The notes under the pieces are model-generated. The model saw nothing but the letters and a program-made list of their open reading frames with translations. It did no database searches and was not told where the DNA came from. The position numbers were made by a program, and so were the translations under genes. Source: an uncultured cyanobacterium (GTDB lineage Bacteria; Cyanobacteriota; Cyanobacteriia; Cyanobacteriales; CAWCAG01). From it: DNA of 64,000 nt. How positions within the stretch are numbered: position 1 is the stretch's first letter; each line of letters opens with the position of its first letter. Shown piece after piece: positions 54,001-64,000 of this stretch. The DNA lies in the NCBI GenBank assembly GCA_963793425.1, contig CAWCAG010000009.1, forward strand, positions 1 to 64,000, written 5' to 3'.

Positions 54001-54023
54001 AATGTAGGAATAATTGGTTCCAT
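51023..54023 (-). pseudogene. NLR-like gene (helical N-terminal domain, NB-ARC, 42-aa TPR repeats) interrupted by four in-frame TGA codons and one frameshift
   Basis: ORF 53553..54023 is in frame with FVGREKEL...GMGGVGKT...LLVVDDV (52116..53483). TGA at 53553, 52116, 51930 and 51738; +1 shift near 51250. Confidence 0.85.
51110..52230 (-). repeat. About 9 near-identical 126-bp TPR-coding repeats
   Basis: [42 protein letters not shown] units. Confidence 0.95.
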
Positions 54024-54090
54024 TATTCTGTCATAGTTAAAACTGTTGTTGCTATTATAGCTTGAGAGATTTTTTGTTAGTCACAGATAA

Positions 54091-54137
54091 ATGATCCTCC
54101 CAAGTCCCCCTTCCCAAGGGGGATTTAGGGGGATCAT
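54091..54137. repeat. Palindromic REP-like element/possible terminator after gnd
   Basis: ATGATCCTCCCAAGTCCCCCTT CCC AAGGGGGATTTAGGGGGATCAT. Confidence 0.7.
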
Positions 54138-54160
54138 CAAACTAAATCAACTAAAAAAAC

Positions 54161-55600
54161 CTAAGCTTGTTCCATCCACTCTGTATGAGTAAACTCACCT
54201 CTGGGCTTGTCGATTCTTTCGTAGGTATGGGCCCCGAAATAATCCCGTTGTGCCTGAGTTAAGTTTTGGGGTAAACTGCCACGACGATAGCTATCGAAGT
54301 AATCCAACGAAGCACTAAAAGCAGGAACAGCAATACCTGAACTATTGGCAGTAGCAAGGACTTCCCGCCATGCCTCTTGGCGATCTAGGATACTTTGCTT
54401 AAACTCTGGGGCCAAGAGTAGGTTAGGTAAAAGAGGATTGTCTCGGAAAGCCTCCTTAATCTTATCCAAGAAACTAGCCCGAATAATACAACCTCCTTTC
54501 CAAATACGAGAAGTTTCGCTTAAATTGAGGTTATAGTTAAACTCGCTAGATGCCTTACTTAACAAAGCCATGCCTTGGGCATAGGAACACATTTTAGAAC
54601 AGTAAAGGGCATCCCGAATCTTATTAACAAAAGCTTTCTTGTCTCCTTCAAACTTACCCATCGGGCCAGTCAAAACCTTAGAAGCAGCCACCCTTTCATC
54701 TTTGTAAGCAGACATAACGCGGGCATTAACTGCTGCATAGATAGTGGGTATAGGTACGCCTAATTCCAAAGAACTAACCACAGTCCAACGTCCAGTACCC
54801 TTTTGCCCAGCAGCATCAAGAATTAATTCTACCAGAGGGCCTTTAGTTTCTGGATCAATATACTTAAAGATGTCGGCGGTAATCTCAATCAAGAAAGAAT
54901 TGAGTTCATCTGTAGTATTCCACTCAGCAAACACTTCATGTAACTCAGTATGGCTTAAGCCTAAAGCATTTTTCATTAAATCATAGGCTTCAGCAATAAG
55001 CTGCATATCTCCATACTCAATGCCATTGTGAACCATTTTCACATAATGACCCGCACCTCCAGGGCCGATAAAAGTCACACAAGGACCATCATCCACTTGG
55101 GCAGCAATTTTGGTTAAAATGGGTTCCAACTTTTGGTAAGCTGCTTCTGTCCCTCCTGGCATCAAACTAGGGCCATTAAGGGCCCCTTCTTCGCCGCCAC
55201 TAACACCCATACCCATATAACCTAGTCCCGTAGCTTCTAGTTCTTGGGTACGTCTTTCGGTATCATTATAAAGAGAGTTACCGCCATCGATAATCATATC
55301 TCCTTCTTCTAGCAAAGGCTTAAGCTGTCCAATAACTGCATCCACAGGTTTACCAGCTTTAACCATTACTAGGATTTGGCGGGGACGTTCTAGACTTTCG
55401 ACAAATTCCTCCAAAGAATAGGCTGCTTTCACGTCCTTATCTTGGGCGCGGTTGGCCATAAAATCCTTCGTTTTCGTGGGAGTTCGGTTATAAACTGCGA
55501 TGGGAAAACCGCGACTTTCTACATTAAGGGCCAAATTTTCCCCCATTACCGCTAAGCCAATTACGCCGAAATTTCTTTTACTCATAAAACTCTTTGCCAA
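54161..55600 (-). CDS. gnd: 6-phosphogluconate dehydrogenase (start probably 55585)
   Basis: GLAVMGENLA, VSGGEEGA, VKMVHNGIEYGDMQ, QAQRDYFGAHTY. Confidence 0.98.
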   Translation of the reverse strand: MAKSFMSKRNFGVIGLAVMGENLALNVESRGFPIAVYNRTPTKTKDFMANRAQDKDVKAAYSLEEFVESLERPRQILVMVKAGKPVDAVIGQLKPLLEEGDMIIDGGNSLYNDTERRTQELEATGLGYMGMGVSGGEEGALNGPSLMPGGTEAAYQKLEPILTKIAAQVDDGPCVTFIGPGGAGHYVKMVHNGIEYGDMQLIAEAYDLMKNALGLSHTELHEVFAEWNTTDELNSFLIEITADIFKYIDPETKGPLVELILDAAGQKGTGRWTVVSSLELGVPIPTIYAAVNARVMSAYKDERVAASKVLTGPMGKFEGDKKAFVNKIRDALYCSKMCSYAQGMALLSKASSEFNYNLNLSETSRIWKGGCIIRASFLDKIKEAFRDNPLLPNLLLAPEFKQSILDRQEAWREVLATANSSGIAVPAFSASLDYFDSYRRGSLPQNLTQAQRDYFGAHTYERIDKPRGEFTHTEWMEQA

Positions 55601-55733
55601 TTCTAATATCTATCCCGCGTGGGGGTAAGCTACACTCTCAACAGTAGCCCGATCTTCTTGATTCATGGCTAAAGAAGAGATTAAGAGTTTTGTCTTTTGT
55701 TAAAAGTAGCTGACTATTTTCAATGAACAGTTA

Positions 55734-56297
55734 TCAATAATCAATGATCAGTGGGGGAGTGTTAGGCGGTTTTAGTTGGAAGAGTGAACATTTGATGCCG
55801 TAGTATTTATCTGTTGTCCCCAGGGGGAGCATTTTTAGACGTTCCATGACGCGAATTGAACGCTTATTTTCTGCCCTGGTGATCGCATAAATTACCGGCA
55901 AATTTAAACTATCAAAGCCATACTCAAGAATCTTTTTTGCCCCCTCTGTGGCATAACCTTGACCCCAACTTCTACGCCGCAAATGCCAGCCAATTTCAAC
56001 ATCTTGAGTTAATTTTCCTTCCGCATCAGGTAATTGCTTGAGAATAATTGCCCCAATAAGCTGTCCTGTGGCTTTTTCTACAGCAGCCCAATAACCAGTG
56101 CCATTGTTAAGGGCATCGTAACGGTCTACATTTAATTGCAGGCGATCGCGTACACTAGTAATGCTTTTTTCAACTTTACCATCACCGATATAACGCATTA
56201 CTTCACGATCACCATAAATCTCCCAAGCGGCTTGGGCATCTTGTTGAGGTTGCCAAGGGCGGAGTAATAAGCGTTGGGTGATAAACTCCTTATTCAT
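55734..56297 (-). CDS. RimJ/RimL-type GNAT acetyltransferase
   Basis: TQRLLLRP, EIGWHL...WGQGYATE, NKRSIRVMERL. Confidence 0.92.
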   Translation of the reverse strand: MNKEFITQRLLLRPWQPQQDAQAAWEIYGDREVMRYIGDGKVEKSITSVRDRLQLNVDRYDALNNGTGYWAAVEKATGQLIGAIILKQLPDAEGKLTQDVEIGWHLRRRSWGQGYATEGAKKILEYGFDSLNLPVIYAITRAENKRSIRVMERLKMLPLGTTDKYYGIKCSLFQLKPPNTPPLIIDY

Positions 56298-56495
56298 CGC
56301 CGTTAATTTATCTCTTCCTTTTGATTTTATGCTCTGAAGGTAACTTCTTTCTTAAGGAAGTGTTAACCTCAAAGCTTATTTACTTAGCATATTACTAAAC
56401 TTCTGTTTCGTTCTTGCCGGCAAATACAGACCGAAAGAGAGTAAGTTGAACCTAAATATAAATTTACCCAATCTCTGAGCGAAGAAAGTAGTAAT

Positions 56496-57452
56496 ATGAG
56501 TCGTACAGCCTGCTTGATTTTTAATCCTGTTGCTGGACAAGGGGATGCTGACCAAGATTTAGAAAAAATCAAGACCCTTCTTGACCCCAAAATTGATCTT
56601 GATATTAAGCTAACAACCAAAGAGGTTGATGCAGGTCAACTGGCACGAGAGGCCGTAGCAAGGGGGGTTGAAGCTGTTATCGCTTCGGGGGGAGATGGTA
56701 CTCTTTCTGCGGCGGCCGAAGCTTTAGTAGAAACGGATATTCCTTTGGGAATAATTTCTAGGGGGACGGCCAATGCTTTCGCCTCAGCTTTAGGAATTCC
56801 TGATGTCATTGAAGAAGCTTGTCAAATGATTCTTGATGGCAAAACTAGAGTTGTAGATGCGGCTGTGTGCAACGACAAGCCCATGGTACTTTTAGCCGGG
56901 ATCGGTTTTGAAGCAGAAACGGTTAAAGATACCTCTCGCGCCTCCAAAAATCGTTGGGGAATGCTAGCTTATGTTCTCGCTGGCATCAAGCAACTGGCAG
57001 ATTTAGAAGCTTTTGAAGCTACCATTGAAACAGAAGATAAAATTATTGAAGTTACTGCCACAGCCATAACCGTTGCTAATGCTGCCCCCCCTTCATCAGT
57101 TTTAGCCCAAGGGCCAGCAGGTATTATTGTTGATGATGGCTTGCTTGATTTAACCTTAGTAGCCCCTAATAGTCGGGCTGGGGCTGTGGCAGCTTCTTAT
57201 CATTTATTACAAACTGCTTTTAGTAACGAAGCAGCAGAAAGAGATGATATTGGTTATCTACGGGCTAAAGAAATCAAAGTTACTACTAATCCTCCTCAGC
57301 AAGTGGTTCTGGATGGAGAATTAATTGGTAAAACTCCTGTTAGTATTAAATGTATTCCCCAATGCTTGACTATTTTTGTTCCCATGACGAAAGCAGAAAG
57401 GCCAGCAGAAAAGTTGGCAGGACTACCGGAGTTAAAGGTTGAGGATAAGTGA
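56496..57452 (+). CDS. YegS/diacylglycerol kinase family lipid kinase
   Basis: NPVAG, GGDGT, GTANAF, LDGE. Confidence 0.93.
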   Translation: MSRTACLIFNPVAGQGDADQDLEKIKTLLDPKIDLDIKLTTKEVDAGQLAREAVARGVEAVIASGGDGTLSAAAEALVETDIPLGIISRGTANAFASALGIPDVIEEACQMILDGKTRVVDAAVCNDKPMVLLAGIGFEAETVKDTSRASKNRWGMLAYVLAGIKQLADLEAFEATIETEDKIIEVTATAITVANAAPPSSVLAQGPAGIIVDDGLLDLTLVAPNSRAGAVAASYHLLQTAFSNEAAERDDIGYLRAKEIKVTTNPPQQVVLDGELIGKTPVSIKCIPQCLTIFVPMTKAERPAEKLAGLPELKVEDK

Positions 57453-57499
57453 TTGCTAGTTGCTAATTGCCAACTCCGTTCCCTGTTTTCACGACTAAC

Positions 57500-58177
57500 T
57501 TAAACAGACATTTGGGTTATGGCGATATTTCCTGAGAAGCAAATATCTACATCTGAACCAGAGGTGCGATCGCGTTTTTCATAAACACCTTCGTATTGAT
57601 AGGAGTTTCCCTCAACTCGATATTGTAATGGCAACGGTTCTTTACTTTGAGGGCAAAAGACAATTTTGGGATCAGGGGAACCAGATTCTAAATGAGGTAA
57701 GTTAACATTCCAAAAACTTCCAGGGGGTAAGGGGCGAGGAAATAAATCTGCTAATACTTTTTTAGTCCAGTAAGTAGCCCAATCCCAATCAATTATTAAA
57801 GGTCTTTTGATCCAATGGGAAACAGCTATTCCCGAAATACCTTGCATCGCAGCTTCTCTGACAGCAGCCACAGTTCCAGAAATATAAGCATCGGTTCCTA
57901 AGTTGCCCCCAGCATTAATACCAGAAAGAAGCCAATCTATTTCTCTACATAAATGGCTAACTGCGAGGCGGCTACAATCGGCCGGAGTGCCGCCGATAGC
58001 ATACTCAGTTTCTGTACGTTGCACCACTGGAATTGGTCTGTCGGTAGTAACTTGGTGGCTGCAACCAGAGTGATGTTCTTTGGGGGCAACAATTATGCCT
58101 TTTCCTTCTACGGCCCCTTGTAAAGCTTGTATACCAGGGGCATCAATACCGTCATCATTGGTTAAAACTAAGATCAT
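57500..58177 (-). CDS. surE: 5'/3'-nucleotidase SurE
   Basis: LTNDDGIDAPG, GTPADC, SGINAGGN, SGTVAA. Confidence 0.96.
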   Translation of the reverse strand: MILVLTNDDGIDAPGIQALQGAVEGKGIIVAPKEHHSGCSHQVTTDRPIPVVQRTETEYAIGGTPADCSRLAVSHLCREIDWLLSGINAGGNLGTDAYISGTVAAVREAAMQGISGIAVSHWIKRPLIIDWDWATYWTKKVLADLFPRPLPPGSFWNVNLPHLESGSPDPKIVFCPQSKEPLPLQYRVEGNSYQYEGVYEKRDRTSGSDVDICFSGNIAITQMSV

Positions 58178-58244
58178 TTACCATTTATCTTTTAGCCGTC
58201 TTACTTATTGTCTGCGATCGCCTGAGCTTTTTCGACTAATAAAT

Positions 58245-58538
58245 CTAATGACTACGGAAATATTGATAGCGATAGAAGGTATAAAGATTAAACAAACCTC
58301 CTACCAAACTACAGGCTAAGGCAATTGTCAATATTCCCTGTAAAGGGCAACCGTTGCCGAAGGTAGCCAGAAATTTAAAAACCGTACTTAGGAAAATCTG
58401 ACCAAAAACAGCTAAGCCCGGTATATAGATAGCTATAACGGGAACCACCAGTATCGCGCCTACTACAACCATTGGCGCTAAAAAACTGAAAATGGTAGTT
58501 AGTAGTAAAGAAAATAAGAAATTAGGCAAACTGCTCAT
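58245..58538 (-). CDS. Small hypothetical membrane protein
   Basis: Hydrophobic 97 aa with FSFLAP and TFGNG. Confidence 0.7.
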   Translation of the reverse strand: MSSLPNFLFSLLLTTIFSFLAPMVVVGAILVVPVIAIYIPGLAVFGQIFLSTVFKFLATFGNGCPLQGILTIALACSLVGGLFNLYTFYRYQYFRSH

Positions 58539-58836
58539 AGGGAAGCTAGTAATTTAGTAACTGAAGCAGGATAATGATACGAAAATAAATTTTACTATCC
58601 TGCGCCTTCTTTCCAGTATTAGAGGAGAAAAACCGATTTTTCCGGAAATGTTTTATTTCTTAAATGTTCATTAACAATCTTGGTGAACATCCGTAAATTT
58701 CTTCTCATAAATCAGGACGGGGAGAAAACTATTAGCAACTAGCAACTAGCCATTAGCCATAACCAGGCTGTACCTCACGCTTACCAGAAATTGCTATATA
58801 TATCTAATTAACTTAACTTAACTTTTGTTTGCATGG

Positions 58837-59763
58837 TTAAAAATCCTCTTGGCGAATCCAGCCATTAATGGTAAAGCGGCTATCCCGAAAAGCTTGGGAT
58901 TGGCAGTTGATGGGCAGGACTTCGTGCATATAGCGGCTGAGAAAGAAGACAATGCTATTTTGACGAGGTTCAACGGTTTGATAAGAATCTGCCTCTACAT
59001 AGAAATTGTTTTCTATCTTACTATCATAAATAACTAACTCTCCTCCTCCAAAAGATTTAGGTTCGCGATAAAAATAATAAACGTAGGTGAGAAGACGATT
59101 AGCAGTATCGGGACTCCCGTTATCATTGTGAATACGATAGTAGTTTCCCTGATTGTGGGCAGTTAATTGAGTTTCTACCTCAGTTGGATTAAAAGAAGAA
59201 ATTCCTAATTGTGAACAGACTTGAGGAAGAACTTTTTTGATCCGAGTGACAATAAGTTCAGAAAAGTTAGGGAAGGAATAAAGTACTGAAGATTGGCGAT
59301 AATTAAGGTCTTGGGTGGAAGTATTACTAGGGATAAAGTCTTTCTCTTTGGCGATAACATAATTAAGTAATTGTTGTTGTTCTTCTGAGGTTAAAAGGTC
59401 ATCAAGTTGAACAGATTCTGAAGGAATTACTTCTAATTGTGGCTGACCCTCATCCTGAAGTAGAGTTTCTGGAGTCTCAGGCAACTTTGTCAGAGAATTT
59501 TCGACATTCAACTGAACTGGTGGTTCGGTAATTACCCCAATTAAATGTTCCGCTGACAAATAAAGTGCTGCCCGGTTTTCTTGAAGAGGAATTTGCCAAC
59601 CAGGAGGAGACGCTTGGCTAACATCAGAATTCATAAACCGATAAACTAATTCATAGAGGAGAGGATGATCAGATGGCAGATAAAAAGTTTTTTCGTGACC
59701 ACCAGAAAGCAGAAGAGTAACCTTAACCTCTTGAGTGGCAAAAGAGTCAGAAACAAATACCAT
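58837..59763 (-). CDS. 2OG-Fe(II) oxygenase (prolyl hydroxylase-like)
   Basis: HND, GGEL, HEV, SRFTINGW. Confidence 0.9.
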   Translation of the reverse strand: MVFVSDSFATQEVKVTLLLSGGHEKTFYLPSDHPLLYELVYRFMNSDVSQASPPGWQIPLQENRAALYLSAEHLIGVITEPPVQLNVENSLTKLPETPETLLQDEGQPQLEVIPSESVQLDDLLTSEEQQQLLNYVIAKEKDFIPSNTSTQDLNYRQSSVLYSFPNFSELIVTRIKKVLPQVCSQLGISSFNPTEVETQLTAHNQGNYYRIHNDNGSPDTANRLLTYVYYFYREPKSFGGGELVIYDSKIENNFYVEADSYQTVEPRQNSIVFFLSRYMHEVLPINCQSQAFRDSRFTINGWIRQEDF

Positions 59764-59825
59764 AAAAATCAGGTTTAAAAAGCAACTGTAAAATAAAAAA
59801 GTAGGCAGTTAAAGGAGGAAGATAG

Positions 59826-60602
59826 ATGGTAAAATCTGAGGCAATTTTGCGTCTACCAACGGGCAAAGAACTACCTTGCTCTGATGATACCCCTGTGGAT
59901 AACGAACTACAAAATCTTATTCCTAATCTTCTCGAAATTATCCTCGCTTCGATTTGGCACAACCGCAGAGATTGGTTTTTTGCTGTGGATATGGGAGTTT
60001 ATCATCAAACAGGTACAAAGGTAAGAAGTCCGATTGTTCCTGATGGCTTTCTGAGTTTGGGTGTAGAGAGGGTTAAAGATGGTGAAGCGAGAGATAGTTA
60101 TGTGGTTTGGGAAGAAAAAAATGTTGTCCCGATTTGGGTATTAGAGATAGTCTCAAAAACCTATGGAGGAGAATATGACCGCAAGATGGCAGATTATGCC
60201 AGATTGGGAGTAAGTTACTACACAATTTACAACCCGAAATACTGGCAAAAGCAGAAAAGAAAGAGTGCTTTGGAAGTATATCATTTGGAAGAAGGCAGCT
60301 ATCGACTTTTAGAAGGAGAACCAATTTGGTTGCCAGAAGTGGGTTTAGGCATTGGATGTTCTCAAGGGAAGTATTGTGGTTTAGAGAGGGAGTGGTTGTT
60401 TTGGTTTGATGAAGCAGGAAATCGTTTTTCCCTTCCGGAAGAGTTGTTGGAAAATGCTGTACAAAGAGCAAGAATTATAGAAGAACAATTGGCAGCAGAG
60501 AGACTGAAAAATCAACAAAAACAACAAGCAGCGATCGCAAATCTCCAAGCTTTAGGTTTAAGTTTGGAACAAATTACTGAAGCTTTGGGTTTGGATAGAT
60601 GA
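59826..60602 (+). CDS. Uma2 family endonuclease
   Basis: LPCSDDTPVDNELQ, VPDGF, LEIVS, YARLGV. Confidence 0.93.
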   Translation: MVKSEAILRLPTGKELPCSDDTPVDNELQNLIPNLLEIILASIWHNRRDWFFAVDMGVYHQTGTKVRSPIVPDGFLSLGVERVKDGEARDSYVVWEEKNVVPIWVLEIVSKTYGGEYDRKMADYARLGVSYYTIYNPKYWQKQKRKSALEVYHLEEGSYRLLEGEPIWLPEVGLGIGCSQGKYCGLEREWLFWFDEAGNRFSLPEELLENAVQRARIIEEQLAAERLKNQQKQQAAIANLQALGLSLEQITEALGLDR

Positions 60603-60642
60603 GTAAGTAATCAGGGTGGGCGATGCCCACCTCCAGAAAAAA

Positions 60643-62610
60643 CTAACTTTGCCTCAACTTATCCAAGACACTTAAATCCTCCATTGTCGATACATCCCCT
60701 ACTAACTCTTGCCCTGCGGCCAAATTACGTAGGAAACGACGGATAATTTTGCCGGAACGAGTTTTGGGTAAAGCGTCGGTAAAACGAATTTCTCCCGGAC
60801 GGGCGATCGCACCAATTTCTTTGACAACGTGTTGCTTAAGTTCTTTTTTCAACTCATCGCTGGGCTGAGAATTGCTTTCTAAGGTCACAAAAGCATAAAC
60901 ATCCTCTCCCTTAACTTCATCGGGGCGACCGACCACTGCTGCTTCTGCAACTGCGGGGTGAGATACCAATGCCGATTCTACCTCCATTGTACCTAAGCGA
61001 TGTCCTGCTACATTAATAACATCATCTACGCGCCCCATAACCCAGAAATAACCATCTTCATCCTTTCTTGCACCGTCCCCGGCAAAGTATAAATATTGCC
61101 CATCTTTGGGGGGTATATGTTCCCAATAGGTCTTGCGGAATCGTTCATCATCCCCATAAACTGTACGCATCATACTTGGCCAAGGATGCTTAATCACGAG
61201 ATAACCCCCTTGATTATCTTCTACGGGGTTGCCTTCTAGGTCAACAATATCAGCGATAATGCCAGGAAAAGGTAAGGTTGCGGAACCTGGTTTGGTGGGG
61301 GTTGCACCGGGAAGGGGCGTTAGCATAAAGCCTCCGGTTTCAGTTTGCCACCAAGTATCGATGATGGGACAGGTTTCATTACCAATCACTTGATGATACC
61401 ACATCCAAGCTTTGGGGTTAATGGGTTCACCCACAGTTCCCAGGATACGGAGGGAGGATAAATCTCTAGCTTTAGGGTGTTCATCTCCCAACTTAATCAG
61501 CGCCCGAATGGCTGTAGGGGCAGTGTAAAAAATATTCACCCCATACTTTTCTACCACATCCCACCAACAACCAGGGTTAGAGGTACGGGGTACACCTTCA
61601 TACATTAAGCTGGTAGCACCGTTGGACAAAGGGCCATAAACGATGTAGCTGTGGCCAGTAATCCAACCCACATCAGCGGTACACCAATAAACATCAGTTT
61701 CTTTGAGGTCAAAAGCCCATTTTGTGGTTATGTGAGTATAGAGATTGTACCCCCCAGTGGTATGAACAACCCCTTTCGGTTTACCCGTTGTACCGCTAGT
61801 GTAGAGAATGAACAGCAAATCTTCACTATCCATTTGTTCCGCAGGGCAGTTAGGGGAAGCTTGGGGTTGTAAGCCATGCCACCAATGATCTCTACCCTCA
61901 AGCATTTCGATATCTTCTTTGGTACGCTGCACCACCAGAACATTTTCGACACTGGGGGCAGCATTATTTTCTAAAGCCTTATCTACCTGTACTTTCAAAG
62001 GAACAACTTTATCTTTACGGAAACCACCATCAGCAGTAATCACTAACTTTGCTTGGGCATCAACTAAGCGATCCTTCAATGCCTCAGCACTAAAACCACC
62101 AAAAACTACGGTATGTGCCGCACCAATCCGGGCGCAAGCTAACATAGCGATCGCAGCTTCAGGAATCATGGGTAGATAAATGGCGACGCGATCGCCTTTT
62201 TTGACCCCCAATTCCTTCATGACATTGGCACACTGACAAACTTCTCGGTGCAGTTGTCCGTAAGTGATGACGCGGGAGTCCCCAGGTTCCCCTTCCCAGA
62301 TAATTGCTGCTTTGTTTCTACGATGAGTGGTTAAATGACGGTCTAAGCAGTTATAGGAAATATTAATTTTACCTCCTACAAACCATTTAACAAAAGGGGG
62401 TTGCCAATCTAGTACTGTGTCCCATTTTTTAAACCAATGCAGTTCTTGTTCTGCTAATTCTGCCCAAAATTGAGCAGGATCTGCTTGGGCTTTGGCATAA
62501 ATTTCTTGATATTCAGCTAAACTCTTAATATTTGCTTCGGCAGAAAATTCAGCCGGAGGGGGAAAGAGGCGCTTTTCTTGGAGAATTGATTCTATGGTTG
62601 GTTGGGACAT
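60643..62610 (-). CDS. acs: Acetyl-CoA synthetase
   Basis: [33 protein letters not shown]. Confidence 0.98.
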   Translation of the reverse strand: MSQPTIESILQEKRLFPPPAEFSAEANIKSLAEYQEIYAKAQADPAQFWAELAEQELHWFKKWDTVLDWQPPFVKWFVGGKINISYNCLDRHLTTHRRNKAAIIWEGEPGDSRVITYGQLHREVCQCANVMKELGVKKGDRVAIYLPMIPEAAIAMLACARIGAAHTVVFGGFSAEALKDRLVDAQAKLVITADGGFRKDKVVPLKVQVDKALENNAAPSVENVLVVQRTKEDIEMLEGRDHWWHGLQPQASPNCPAEQMDSEDLLFILYTSGTTGKPKGVVHTTGGYNLYTHITTKWAFDLKETDVYWCTADVGWITGHSYIVYGPLSNGATSLMYEGVPRTSNPGCWWDVVEKYGVNIFYTAPTAIRALIKLGDEHPKARDLSSLRILGTVGEPINPKAWMWYHQVIGNETCPIIDTWWQTETGGFMLTPLPGATPTKPGSATLPFPGIIADIVDLEGNPVEDNQGGYLVIKHPWPSMMRTVYGDDERFRKTYWEHIPPKDGQYLYFAGDGARKDEDGYFWVMGRVDDVINVAGHRLGTMEVESALVSHPAVAEAAVVGRPDEVKGEDVYAFVTLESNSQPSDELKKELKQHVVKEIGAIARPGEIRFTDALPKTRSGKIIRRFLRNLAAGQELVGDVSTMEDLSVLDKLRQS

Positions 62611-62739
62611 TTTTAATAGTTAGGGGTAAGAGTATAATCCTATATCTATCAGCATTTGAGTCAATTTTAGGTTACAATTTCTTGACTCTATAATTCCAAG
62701 CCACCTTAGCTGTAGGTGAATTAGGAAGAAAGGCAACCC

Positions 62740-63636
62740 ATGAGTAAATCGATACGCAAAAAAAACTCTAGTCAATGGTCAAAAGAAGTTGACGATTTTA
62801 TTCGTGGGGCTTCAGGAGGCTTTCTCTTTGGTATTCCCTTGCTATACACTATGGAAGTTTGGTGGATTGGCTCCTATATTGAACCTCCAAGAATGTTAGG
62901 CTTGTTGGCTGTTACCTATGTCGTTGTCTTCTTATTAAACCGAGTTGAAGGTTTTCGTGAGAATAGCAACCAAGTTATTGATGCGGCGATGGAAAGTGTT
63001 GAAGCTTTAACCATTGGTATAATTTGCACTACTTTCCTGTTAATTTTGTTGCGCCGTATCACCCTAGAAACTTCTTTAGATGAAGCCTTGGGAAAAATTA
63101 TTCTAGAAAGCATACCTTTCTCTTTGGGGGTAACTCTATCACGGTCATTTTTACAAGGCGATCGCAGTTTATCTCAACAGCAAAAAGACTCTTCGGGTCA
63201 ATCCCACCAGAAAGCTCAAAAAGCTAATCACCCTAACTTCTATGAAACTTTAGCAGATATCAGTGCCACCCTTATTGGTGCAATTATGATTGCTTTTAGC
63301 ATTGCCCCTACAGATGAAATTCCGTTACTAGCGGCTGCTTCTTCACCATTTTGGTTGATTGCCATTATAGTTGTTTCTTTGCTCATCTCCTTTGGTATTG
63401 TCTTTGCTGCGGGATTAACAGATCAACGAAAACGCCAGCAACAGCGGGGTATTTTCCAGACTCCTGGGGGAGAAACCCTTCTTTCTTACTTAGTCTCTTT
63501 ATTGGCTTCTGGTTTAATGCTCTGGTTTTTTGCTCAACTTAGTTTAAGTGATCCTTGGTTTATGTGGTTGCGTTATACTCTTTTGTTGGGTTTACCTGCA
63601 ACCATTGGTGGGGCTGCAGGACGTTTGGCCCTATGA
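62740..63636 (+). CDS. TIGR02587-type integral membrane protein
   Basis: GGFLFGIPLLYTMEVW, IAPTDEI, LPATIGGAAGRL. Confidence 0.88.
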   Translation: MSKSIRKKNSSQWSKEVDDFIRGASGGFLFGIPLLYTMEVWWIGSYIEPPRMLGLLAVTYVVVFLLNRVEGFRENSNQVIDAAMESVEALTIGIICTTFLLILLRRITLETSLDEALGKIILESIPFSLGVTLSRSFLQGDRSLSQQQKDSSGQSHQKAQKANHPNFYETLADISATLIGAIMIAFSIAPTDEIPLLAAASSPFWLIAIIVVSLLISFGIVFAAGLTDQRKRQQQRGIFQTPGGETLLSYLVSLLASGLMLWFFAQLSLSDPWFMWLRYTLLLGLPATIGGAAGRLAL

Positions 63637-64000
63637 GTAAAAAACGTTCTGCTCAGAAATTATCAAATCGTTCCCCCGCAGAAAAAGTAAGTTTTGTGAT
63701 CGCTTTATCTATCCTTTCTTTAATCGTCGGATTGGTGTTTTATAGTTGGTTTACAGGAGAAAACGAGCCTCCGATTTTATCTGTAAGTGTGCAAACAGAA
63801 ATTCGTCAAGTTGAAGGGCAATTCTATATACCTTTTAAGGTAACGAACAAAGGAGGGGTTACAGTAGAATCAGTGCAGATCATTGCTGAATTAGAAGAGC
63901 AAGAATTACAGGAAATTGGGCAACAGGAATTTAACTTCCTTTCCGGCGGGGAAGTTAGGGAAGGAGCATTTATTTCTCCTCGCGATCCTAATTTAGGGAA
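63633..64000 (+). CDS. TIGR02588-type protein, runs off the window end
   Basis: ATG overlaps the previous stop; RSPAEKVSF, PPILSV, FYIPFKVTNKGG, FLSGGE...GAFI. Confidence 0.8.
   Translation, partial: MSKKRSAQKLSNRSPAEKVSFVIALSILSLIVGLVFYSWFTGENEPPILSVSVQTEIRQVEGQFYIPFKVTNKGGVTVESVQIIAELEEQELQEIGQQEFNFLSGGEVREGAFISPRDPNLG

Noticed and set aside
51023..54023. TGA recoding (alternative genetic code or selenocysteine) to explain four in-frame TGAs
   Set aside because: TGA is a normal stop for cas2, pheT and pcrA here; the TGAs replace different residues; a frameshift is also present

Overview
Cyanobacterial chromosome segment, judged from many GCGATCGC HIP1 sites, heptamer STRR runs and typical cyanobacterial genes. 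Positions 1-14.6 kb hold a full type I-D CRISPR-Cas gene set: 17 repeats of an array cut by the window edge, the leader, cas2-cas1-cas4-cas6-cas5d-cas7d-cas10d (with a probable internal cas11d), cas3' and a divergent WYL regulator. cas1 and cas10d each carry a 1-nt frameshift. Best new signal: between cas3' and cas10d lies an unannotated two-repeat mini-array (11321-11442) in the opposite orientation to the main array, with its own near-consensus sigma70 promoter. Its single spacer matches the first codons of cas3' (13/16 nt) directly after a GTT type I-D PAM, which points to RNA-guided autoregulation of the cas operon. Other accessory items: an orphan MNT gene bracketed by REP-like repeats and a RAMA-like gene inside the cas operon, a rifampin ADP-ribosyltransferase, two AetD-like diiron enzymes beside a flavoprotein, an internally deleted ISL3 element, a 10 x 203-204 bp non-coding structured tandem array, and a Bell-like/NB-ARC/TPR gene broken by in-frame TGA codons. 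The rest is housekeeping and signalling (EF-G paralog, pheT, pcrA, gnd, surE, acs and others). All family calls come from motif recognition by eye, not from database searches.
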